This document shows positions 11,267-20,000 of a stretch of 20,000 bases of DNA, in pieces. Below the pieces are notes generated by a model that was not told the DNA's origin, ran no database searches, and saw only the letters and a program-made list of their open reading frames with translations. How positions within the stretch are numbered: the first letter of the stretch is position 1; the number at the start of each line of letters is the position of its first letter. Source of the DNA: Mesotaenium endlicherianum (Eukaryota); NCBI GenBank assembly GCA_009602735.1, contig WELA01003606.1, forward strand, positions 55,759-75,758. Direction: 5' to 3'. The translations under genes and the position numbers were made by a program.

Positions 11267-12871
11267 ATGCGATTGAGGAGTGGAAGACTCTACTACCCTG
11301 TGGAGCCTGCAGAAGGTTCTGATTCAAGCCAGAGTCCACGAGGAAGTGAGACATCTGAGCGCACAGATAACCTGTGGAGTGAGCAACCGTCGAGAGACGA
11401 GTCTCGCCATACTGCCACGAACGGTGAGAATCCGTATCACACGCAAGCCTTTGTACCCAATTTGGGCAAAGAGCACGACGTGTGGGAAAAAGATAGTGAG
11501 TCTTGGTCGCCATTTGAAATGACTGGTGATGATAAGGATGAAAATCCTAAGTTCAAGCTGTCTACAAAGTGTTTTAGTGGACGAACCAGTGGAAATAGTC
11601 TCACTTTCGAAGAGTTTGATGAGATCTATTGGACTGATTTCTTTGAGAGAATCCAAAAGGATTCTTCTTACACTCAGTTAGTTGCTTTTATAAGCTTGGT
11701 TCAGTATTTGGACAAGAATGCCTTGTTGCTTTATTGCCAATTCCGGAAGGATGAGAACCTTACCCAGGAATGGGCATTTGACGAGCAAAAGAAGGCGAGG
11801 GATTTAAAAATCCAGAAAGAGGCTGCGAAAGCCCGCCTGTTCGCTTTGTCATCAACAAGAGCGATACCTGCTGCACCTGTTGAGAGCGTAGACTTAGGTG
11901 CACTAAAACAAGAATTAACAGATGCCATGAGGCAACTCACCGAGGGTCAGCAGCGAGCGGCTACTCGAGATGATGATGCTGGGTCTGTCGCAGAATTGCG
12001 TAAAGTGTGTGCAGAATTGTCTGAAAAGATTGCTAATGCTCAGGAACGAGTAACGGGCAGGGCTGCACCTGTCACAAGGCAGCATGGTGATAGTGCCACC
12101 ACGGAAGCAAGCCATGCGCAAGCGTTGGCTAGTTGCCGTAGGGATATGGAGGCTGGGGATGACCAGTTAGACTCTGAGCACTGTCTGCGTCGTTTCTTTA
12201 AGTTGCTTGAAGCAAAATTCCCAGAGGATCGCAGTCTTAAGGTGCACCGTTATGTGCACTTTGTCCGTCAGAAGAACGAGACAGTGATGGAGGTCAAATC
12301 CAGATTGGTAGACCTTGCCAAGAAGGCAGGAATCTATAAGCCTAGAATTGTGGCTGACAAATTCTTATTGTGTCTAGGTAAAGACACAGATCGAGAGGTC
12401 AGGCCGCACCTATTTGCGAAACGCGGAATCGACTGGAACATCGACGAGGCTGCTGAAATAGCACGCAATGTCGAGGAAGGAAAAGTCTGGTACAAGGAGG
12501 CTACCAGGACGCTTATGGCTCCTGAGAGAAGGGAGGAATCCTTTCAGCCTAAGGCCATTAGCTCTAATTTTCAATTTAAGAAGAAGAGCGGGTCTTTCAA
12601 TAGGTTTGCTAAGCACGCCAACACTGCTGAGACAGCAGAGGGCTGTTGGAATTGCGGGAAATCGAGACATCAGAAGAGAGATTGTCCGTACCCGGATGCT
12701 AAGCAATTGTCTGCTAGAAAGGCGCAGGTATGCGCACATTGCAGCAAAAAGGGACACTCAAAAGATGAGTGTTGGTCCAAGAACCCAAATCTGAAGCCCC
12801 CATGGGCTAATGCTGCCACGAAAGAGGCAGATAAGGGTAAGAAAAAGGAGAAAAATAACTATGGTAACTGA
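11267..12871 (+). CDS. gag: Gag polyprotein with two CCHC zinc knuckles
   Basis: 534-aa ORF starting MRLRSGR, with a capsid-like RQKNETVMEVKSRL segment and knuckles CWNCGKSRHQKRDC and CAHCSKKGHSKDEC. In frame with the next ORF across stops at 12869 and 12881. Confidence 0.88.
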   Translation: MRLRSGRLYYPVEPAEGSDSSQSPRGSETSERTDNLWSEQPSRDESRHTATNGENPYHTQAFVPNLGKEHDVWEKDSESWSPFEMTGDDKDENPKFKLSTKCFSGRTSGNSLTFEEFDEIYWTDFFERIQKDSSYTQLVAFISLVQYLDKNALLLYCQFRKDENLTQEWAFDEQKKARDLKIQKEAAKARLFALSSTRAIPAAPVESVDLGALKQELTDAMRQLTEGQQRAATRDDDAGSVAELRKVCAELSEKIANAQERVTGRAAPVTRQHGDSATTEASHAQALASCRRDMEAGDDQLDSEHCLRRFFKLLEAKFPEDRSLKVHRYVHFVRQKNETVMEVKSRLVDLAKKAGIYKPRIVADKFLLCLGKDTDREVRPHLFAKRGIDWNIDEAAEIARNVEEGKVWYKEATRTLMAPERREESFQPKAISSNFQFKKKSGSFNRFAKHANTAETAEGCWNCGKSRHQKRDCPYPDAKQLSARKAQVCAHCSKKGHSKDECWSKNPNLKPPWANAATKEADKGKKKEKNNYGN

Positions 12872-12895
12872 AAGGGTAAATAGAAGTACGATGCT

Positions 12896-13802
12896 ATGAG
12901 TGCAGAGATTGCAGAGTTGAAAGCTCAAATTGCAAGACTAAATGTGCCTAATGTCTATTATGATGCAGATGTGGCCAAAAAGACCGTCTGCAAAGGCGTG
13001 AGGCTGACGCCTGAGAAGGTTGTGGCTGCAACGACTGCGGAGCGTGCAGATCATGACTGTCTGGTTCCAAGGAATGCTGGGAAGCTTCCTCAGACCTTTC
13101 GGATCACTCTCGATGAGAACGAGATTGCGCAGCTACGACAAGCCAAGCCTAAGCCACGCAAGACATTTAGTTTTTCGCTGGAGAAGCTGAAGGCTCTGGT
13201 GGGACACCGAATTCAGCACATTCCTTGTCTTTCACTCGCTGATCTGCGTCTTACGTATCCTTTCACGGTTGAAGAAGCCGGACAGCAGCTGGACATAGCT
13301 GAGGAAGGTGCGAACAGCGCTTCGTTGCCTACTAATTTCAGCACTGTGAGAGTGCAGAACAAGGATAGAGTTTTGACGTTCAACGACTGGGCCGCTCCCA
13401 ATATCCTATTGGACACTGGCGCACAGCCACTAATCTTGGGAAGGCGAGCTGTGAAAGCTCTGAAATTGACGGCAAGAGACCTGAAAGAAAGTCCTTTTCA
13501 GTTGAGGACTGCATTTGGGCAAATTTCAAAGTCTTGTGGAATCACTCGGAAGCCTGTGAAAATCACAGTAAACTTCGGGAAAACCCGAGGAGGCATCACT
13601 GCTCATAGAATGCACGGTGACAGAGGCTGAGAACTATGATGTTCTCTTGGGGACAGAAGCCCTGATTCCCCTGGGTATGGTCATCGACCTGCGGAAGCAG
13701 AGGGTGACTTACCAGTCGACAGATCGGCAGCCGACAGGAGAAATTCCTGTAAAAATGGTTTGCTCGGGAGAGGCGAACTACGGATTGCTAGACGTTGTGT
13801 GA
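12896..13802 (+). pseudogene. pol: Retropepsin-type aspartic protease region of pol (frameshifted)
   Basis: Active-site LLDTGAQ. Removing one A from the run at 13580-13583 restores GKPEEASLLIECTVTEAENYDVLLGTEAL, which contains the C-terminal D-x-L-L-G motif. Confidence 0.85.
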
Positions 13803-14056
13803 ATGACCGGTATCCAGACCATTATGACCTCATCATGCAACGCAAAGAGGAGGGCTACACCAGCGTCAACATGCCAACTCCCTTGGTTTGGCAACCTCGG
13901 ATTATGGAGCAACTGGAAGCTGTGAGTAACAGGGACCGTGGCCCGCAAGAGCTGCTGCCAGTTCCCTACCCAATTAAGTCTGCTACCAATTTGATGCCTG
14001 GAGTAGACCCGCTGCCGCAAGGCATTGTGAGGATGGAAGATCCTTTTTGCAGGAGA

Positions 14057-15020
14057 GGAGTAGTAGTGCTGGAATTGTTCGCCGGACTTGGTTCTGGAAC
14101 CATCTCACTGATTCAGCGAGGTATCCAGGTATCCAAAGTGCTGTATGTGGACAATGATGAGAGTGCTTTCACAGCATTTAAGGAGGTCATGAGTCAGATG
14201 CGGCAAATGCATCATTTCAAGGCGTTGGTGCCTATTGACTCTAGTTTGGTGCGTCTTGCTGGAGGAAACGTTCTCGATGTGAAGTCTGAGGACCTGTATG
14301 GTTACAGGATTGCCTGGATCTTTGCGGGATTCCCTTGTCAATCTTTCTCGCAAGCTGGGAACAGGAGGGGATTCAATCACCCGCGAGCACAACACTGGGA
14401 ATGGATGGTGAAAAACATCAGTATGCTGCGGGAACGCCAGCATCTCTACCCACCAGTGTTTGTGATTGAGAATGTACATCCAAGGATGGATCACAACCAG
14501 ATGAAGCCAAAAGATCCATGGCTGGTCTTTGACTCCACCCTGGGTCATCATGTATTGATCAACGACGCCATGCAGGGTGGACTCTCACACTGGGCCAGAC
14601 TATTCTGGACCAACGGCATGTCCATTGAAATCGTGAGGGAGATGGAGGAGATTACGCGGCGCACACCAACGGCAGTATCTGTGGGAGAAGCACTGATGGT
14701 GGATACCAAGCCAGTGATCAGGCGGGATTCCTACCCACAATACGTCGTCAACGAGCCAGGCCGGCCAAGGGTGGTGCTGCCCACCTTCACGGCATACCCA
14801 GGATCACGCGCATTCGTGAATGGAGGACCGAGAATGGTCAAGAATGCGGACGACAGAGAAGCTCAGTGAAGAGAGCCGACAGCTGAAGAGAAGGGAAGGT
14901 GCCTGGGGGTACCCAACTCCATTGCACATGAAATTGTTGCGATGAACAGGATGACGCTGGGAAGATATTCGGCAATATGATTGGGCATCACTCCATGACG
15001 TGGTTGGTGAAGACGATTAT
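14057..15020 (+). pseudogene. C5-cytosine DNA methyltransferase domain, Dnmt3-like, within the retrotransposon polyprotein
   Basis: Motif I LELFAGLG (F at 14078), II YVDND, III GNVLDV, IV AGFPCQSFSQAGNRRG (PC at 14333-14338), VI VIENV (14462-14476), VIII HWARLFWTN. After a stop at 14867, motif IX-like REPTAEEKGRCLGVP. After a frameshift near 14930-14960, motif X-like KIFGNMIG. Confidence 0.9.
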
Positions 15021-16155
15021 GACTTGGCAGCAGATGACATTTTCTGACAAGCCTATGCCCAGGCCGAGACCAGTAACGATTGGAGTCCATGTGGTGCCAA
15101 CCTTTAATCAGAGAGCTATCAGGAAAGCGCATCAGGGACAAGAAGAATATGGTGTTGAAAGGGACGCAGCTGAGGCTGACCAAGGTGAAGCACTCAGAGA
15201 AACCAGAGTGGCGGAGCTGACCAGGTGTCAAGACCTACAGGCGCAAATCGACAATCGGATGGCGGCTCTACACGACCCTCTGGAAAGAGAGCTGCGAAGG
15301 CTGCGAGAAGACGTAGCCATGGAAGACCAGGCAACTGGTGCTGCAAACCCTTTGGTGAGCGCTGCAGCAAGCAAACCGCTGGAGGTTCCATTATCTGCAG
15401 AACGTGCCGGCCAGGTATTTGTGAGGATGCCGGAATGGGAGGACAATACCACTTTTGAGTTACGGAACATGGCCCCAGATTGGGTCTACGGAAGCCCATT
15501 CCCAGACACGGTAACGTCAAGATATGAAGAACGCCAGTGTAATATTGGCGAATGGGCCGAAGAATGCAGTCAGAATTCAGGAAATTCTGGAGGGTCTGGA
15601 AAGACCATTTGCCTGGAGGTAATTTTTGAAGAACGCAGGAAGGAGACGGTCGAGAGATTGCCCGCTACACCTCTTCTGATGAACCCAGACCCAGAGGCCA
15701 AGGCGCAACCACAAGACACAGTTGGCAGCACAGCTGAGTCGATCACCAGGCACGACCATCGCCCGCATGGCTATTATTGAGCGAGAGTGGAGCTGGGTAA
15801 TCAGCCCTAGGACAGATCCTGCAGGTTGGCCAATGGCAAACCAACCTTGGCCACGTGAAGAAGGAGGAACCGAGACCAGTTGGACTGCAGTCGACGAGGA
15901 AATGTTCCTGAGGCAACCCATCCGGAGGCGCCTGACGTACACCTCACCGCAGGAGAGGCGACGCGTCATTGGGAAAGGTAAAAACCTAGGAAACAGGCTG
16001 CAGAGCCTATGGCAACGGAGGAGCAAGCTGCAAAGCCTGCTACTCCACCTCTTAAGAATCAGGCAAAAAAGCCTGAGAGCCAGAATCAGGCAGAAAAGCC
16101 TGAGGGCCAGGATGAGGGCGAAAAGCTCCCACCTGCACCGAAGGAGTAGCAACTA
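15021..16155 (+). other. Uncharacterised polyprotein linker between DNMT and RT (disrupted frame)
   Basis: ORF 14977-15780 with a coiled-coil-like stretch (AELTRCQDLQAQIDNRMAAL...LERELRRLRE), overlapped by ORF 15722-16243. No domain recognised. Confidence 0.5.
16055..16130 (+). repeat. 27-bp coding tandem repeat, ~3 degenerate copies
   Basis: AGAATCAGGCAAAAAAGCCTGAGAGCC / AGAATCAGGCAGAAAAGCCTGAGGGCC / AGGATGAGGGCGAAAAGCTCCC, reading NQAKKPESQ-NQAEKPEGQ-DEGEKLP. Confidence 0.8.
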
Positions 16156-17219
16156 TTGTATGCCTTTGCTGGGGAGAAGCAACCTGAAACTGAGACTTTT
16201 GCCATTGGGAAAATGGTCTCAGCCCAGCAGAAAGCACAAGTAGAAAGGTTGCTAAAGAAACACCGCAAGGTGTTTGCTTTTACTAAGGAGGAGATTGGTA
16301 GAACCACTCCCAGTGTGTGTGAGATCACACTAACTACTGATAACCCAGTCAGACTAGGGCTGCACAAGCTCAGTCAGACAGAATGGGACTGTGAGGAGAA
16401 AACTTGTGAAGAGCTGCATAAGCTCCGCATGATTGAAAAATCTACCTCAATGCATGGGGCTCTTACAGTAGTAGTCGCTAAAAAGGACGAGGTCGGCAAT
16501 TCACTGCCACTCGTATGCGTGGAGATTACAGGCGACTGAATCTCTACACGGAGCCAGACAACTATGTGATGCCTACGCCGAAGCGGATCTTTGCGATTGC
16601 CACCACCGGGAAGGTGTTGAGCATCATCGATCTGTGCCAAAGCATCAACCAGATCCCTGTGAAAACAAAAGATCGAGGTAAGACCGCCTTCTGGGCTCAA
16701 AGGGAACTTTGGCAATGGACAGTAATGCCATGTGGGCTGAAAAATGCCCCAGCCATATTTCAGAGGACTATGGATAAAGTGCTGGAGGGGCTGGATTTTG
16801 CTAAGCCATACATTGACGATGTGGTAGTATTTAGCAAGTCCACAGAGGAGCACCTCGAGCACTTGGAACAAGTGTTCCAGCGCTTGGAGAAATTCCAGAT
16901 GAAGCTGCATCCTGGGAAGTGCAGATTCTTTGAGGCACACGTGCCTTACCTAGGACATGAGATGGGGAACAATGCTATGTCCCCTCAGGCTATGAAGACT
17001 GAGGCCATTTACAAGATACCTGCACCTGCGAATGTGTCCAAGCTGAAAGCTCTGTTAGGGCTAAGCGGATACTATCGTAAGTTTATGAAGGATTATAGCA
17101 GAATTGCTAAACCCCTGACAGAACTCCTGAAAAAGGATGTGCCTTTTGTGTGGACAAAAGCTCAGGAGAAAGCCATGAACGAGCTTAAGGAGCGGCTGGT
17201 AACAGCCCCAGTCTTGTGA
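16156..17219 (+). pseudogene. pol: Reverse transcriptase, Ty3/Gypsy type (one frameshift near 16500-16515)
   Basis: VVVAKKD, RM.GDYRRLN, KTAF, VMPCGLKNAPAIFQRTM, YIDD (16809-16820), YLGH, GYYRKF, KPLTELLKKD. Confidence 0.95.
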
Positions 17220-17600
17220 ACGCCTGACTACTCCAAATCGTTCAATCTGCACACTGACTGGAGTCGTGTGGGAATTGGCGCAGTACTCACTCAGGCCGCA
17301 AGCCCTAGAGAGGAGTATGTCATTGCCTATGTCTCACGCTCTAACAATCGAGCGGAGAGCAACTACTTGTCCTACGAAGGAGAGCTGCTGGCAGTGCTTT
17401 GGGCTGTCACACACTTGAGAGAATATATGTGGGGAAGACCCTTCACGCTGATCACGGATCACTCACCATTACTATGGCTGATGAAGAATGGAGACCTCAC
17501 TGGTAAGTTGGCTCGCTGGGCTCTTAAGCTGCAAGAGTACCAAATGACGGTGGTGCACAGAGCAGGAGTGCTCAACAATGACGCCGATAGACTCAGCAGG
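17220..17600 (+). pseudogene. pol: RNase H domain
   Basis: In frame after the stop at 17217: TPDYSKSFNLHTDWSRVGIGAVLTQ...VIAYVSR...YEGELLAVLWAV...FTLITDHSPL...KLARWALKLQEY...NNDADRLSR. Confidence 0.92.
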
Positions 17601-17899
17601 AACCCAGGCCCATCTTTAGACGACAGAACAGGAGCTCAAGAGGGCAAAGACCCGAGCAGCCCAGCAGAGTTGGTGGCCTGCCTAGCCGAAATGGCTGGAA
17701 TGGTAGCATCAGGAGAAGCTGAGCCTCTACCCCTGTTTAGTCCAGAGACCTGGAAAGATCAAGCTACTATGCACTGGCTGAAGACGGGAAGTCTCTGGGA
17801 AGGGCTATCAATGAAGGAGAAGGACCAGGTAAGCCATCGAGCTAAAAGGCTTTGTTGGAAACGTAACAACCTCTTCAAAATTGAAGAAATTGGTCAGGA

Positions 17900-19040
17900 G
17901 AAGTTAGTGCCAGACCCCATCAGGAGACGAGCTCTTGTGCAGGAAATGCACGAGAACACTGGACACTATGGTGTCAAGAAGACGTATAGTCTTTTAGAAC
18001 TGTCTTACTGGTGGAGGGGCATGAAGCAGCAGTGTGAAGATGTGATCAAGGCTTGCCAAAGCTGTGATCGCGTCAAGGCTGGTTTTACACAGCAACATCC
18101 ACACTTGCAACCTTTGCCGATCATGGGCCTAGGCCACCGCTGGAGCTGCGATCTCGCAGGTGAGCTACCGCTGTCTAAGCGAGGCAACAAGTATATCATG
18201 GTCATGATTGAGCATTTCTCTAAGTGGATAGAGGTCGTGCCTCTGACTGCTAAGGAGAGTCTAGGGACCGCGGAAGCGCTCCTCAATAGTGTGATTGTGC
18301 GTCATGGAGCTCCAGCAGAAGTGCTGACAGACCAAGGGTCTGATTTCCAAGGGCCTTTTCAGAAACTCTTGGATAGATGCTTTATCGATTATTGCACTAC
18401 GTCTAGAGATCATCCGCAAGCACATGGTCTGGCAGAAAGGATGGTGCAAACCGTTAAGTCTGCTTTGCGCAAGTTTTGCCTTGAGCATGACAAGCGTGAC
18501 TGGGATCTGGCCCTGCCATGGCTGGTTATGGGTTACAGATTTAGCAAGCAGGCTGCCTTGGCGAATTACTCGCCATATTAGATACTGTTTGGCAGAAGTC
18601 CAGTAGTGCCCAGCAGCACCAAGCTCGATATTGAACAGGTGAAAGACCTGGACAACCCTGATGAACTGCTAAAGGTGATGGTACGTCGTAAGGCGTTATT
18701 TGAGCGCATGATGCCGGCTGCGCTGGACAATCTGAAAATTGCGCAGAAAAGAGATACGCAGCGTTACGCCAGGACGCGAGACGGGAGCTACCGCCTGCAG
18801 GTGACGCAGATTCAAGAAGGAGACTTTGTCTACCGCAAGCGCCAGACCAAGACCACCATCGACACCAGTTCAGGTGCAGTGATCTTATGCGTGAAACATG
18901 TGTTTGACAATGGTGTGTTAGAACTGGAAGGTTCTGATGGTAAAACCATGAGAGACCACGTGCAGAATTGCTCGCTATGCCATTTGCCAAATATTGATCC
19001 TACGATTAGGGTTGTGCCCGAGGAATTGGTGCCAGCCACC
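17900..19040 (+). pseudogene. pol: Integrase (HHCC, DDE core, C-terminal domain; in-frame stop at 18579)
   Basis: HENTGH...CQSC; WSCDLAG, LTDQGSDF, GLAERMVQTVK; SPY*ILFGR; C-terminal GDFVYRKR...NCSLCHLP. Confidence 0.93.
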
Positions 19041-19043
19041 CCT

Positions 19044-19172
19044 TCTGCCAGCTGCAAAGTGCTGGATGATCAGGAAGCAATGGTAACTTGCGATAAGTGT
19101 GGTGCCCGTTGGCACACTTTCTGCATTGGCAAGGAAGAGATTATGGCAGGACGATGGGAATGTCCTGACTCC
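19044..19172 (+). other. PHD finger (degenerate) at the integrase C-terminus
   Basis: [S]ASC-KVLDDQEAMVT-CDKC-GARW-H-TF-C-IGKEEIMAGR-W-E-CPD[S]. C4HC3 spacing with the conserved W two residues before the last pair; the first and last ligands read Ser. ORF stops at 19208. Confidence 0.8.
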
Positions 19173-19243
19173 TTTCCTAAACCCCCTAGCCGCAGGGCTG
19201 GAAAATAATAGCTTTCAGCAGAAAAGGCACGGACGCCTCAGCT

Positions 19244-19255
19244 GAAAGGGAGGGG
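19244..19255 (+). promoter_or_regulatory. Polypurine tract of the DNMT-Gypsy element
   Basis: GAAAGGGAGGGG immediately followed by TGTAAGAGG, about 35 nt after the pol stop. Confidence 0.85.
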
Positions 19256-20000
19256 TGTAAGAGGAATTAAGACAAGGCAAGTATTTTTAAAATTTTCTGC
19301 TAAGTCTTAGGATAAGCAGATGGTGAGAGCTGGGTGAAGGATAACATTGCTCTGAGTGTTGGTCATGGTTGCATGGTGCAAGTTCAGGAGCCCAGGGATG
19401 GGTCAACCTTAGTAAGGCTTGTCTCCGACACACGTTCAAAGGTCGATCGACCATGTTTGCCCACACGTGAGGAGGGCCACCGACACATCGACGAGGTCGA
19501 AGGCACACGTGCTGGAAGGCTACGCACGTGCCGAGGGATCGACACTGTTAGGCACGACAACTGTCGCGACTACTATTTGTTTGACGGTGCCGCACGCGTA
19601 GCGCAAGCTACGGCCACCCAGGTACGGAAAGTCAACGTTGACTCACCGACCACTTGACTGATTACATCGCAGTCAGCGGTTATGTCGACGTCAAGACCAC
19701 TGGCAAGGGGTCAATGTGAATGTGTCCCACACCCAGGGATGGGGGAGGTTTTGACAGCATAAACAGCCGCGAGGCTAGAAGCTGGGGATCAGTGATAAGC
19801 CGCCCAGCAGGTACCAAGTCAGGTACTGTGTGACTGGCAGATTAAGCCAGGTCATGGCCGCAATGCCCAGATAGGTTACGGCCTCCCGATTGGGAATCTT
19901 GAGCAAGTGGCATTTGCTTGTACACGCCGCTCAGGAGTTCTTAGCCATGAGCCAATTAGGCGTGACTGCCAGCTGAGAAGCTAAGCAGCCACGCGCGACA
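19256..20000 (+). repeat. 3' LTR of the DNMT-Gypsy element (incomplete in window)
   Basis: Starts TG directly after the PPT. From 19562 onward it repeats 9895-10333. Confidence 0.85.

Larger units (their letters stand above)
9895..20000 (+). mobile_element. Ty3/Gypsy LTR retrotransposon carrying a C5 DNA methyltransferase and a PHD finger (decayed copy; 3' LTR runs off the window)
   Basis: Gag-PR-(DNMT)-RT-RH-INT order, PPT at 19244-19255, and direct repeat 9895-10333 / 19562-20000. Confidence 0.93.

Noticed and set aside
13580..13802. Programmed ribosomal frameshift
   Set aside because: The shift at 13580 falls inside the protease fold, and the copy has several other lesions, so mutation or sequencing error is more parsimonious. 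The shift near 13760-13800 cannot be judged without a consensus.
13760..14869. Bacterial restriction-modification methylase (contamination) or host DRM/CMT gene
   Set aside because: It is collinear with pol inside LTRs, with no endonuclease, introns, UBA/BAH/chromo domains or motif permutation.
11103..19057. Antisense ORFs across gag-pol (e.g. 14105-14551, 15577-16152, 16374-16940)
   Set aside because: Shadow ORFs of the coding strand with no recognisable domains.

Overview
Eukaryotic, most likely streptophyte (plant or charophyte) genomic DNA. The left end has the first two coding exons of a minus-strand cellulose synthase (CesA-like) gene, including the RING-type zinc-binding domain. Upstream of it lies a transposon cluster. 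First is a 753-bp solo LTR (3275-4027, TSD TAGTA). Next is a complete non-autonomous LTR element of a related family (4193-8870, TSD AGTAG, ~98% identical LTRs). Last is a ~10-kb decayed Ty3/Gypsy element (9895 to beyond 20000). The Gypsy polyprotein has an unusual order: Gag(2x CCHC) - protease - C5 cytosine DNA methyltransferase (Dnmt3-like, non-permuted) - unknown linker - RT - RNase H - integrase - PHD finger. It therefore carries both a putative DNA-methylation writer and a putative histone reader. Many of its inactivating mutations look like C-to-T decay at CG/CAG sites. All alignments and counts were done by eye.
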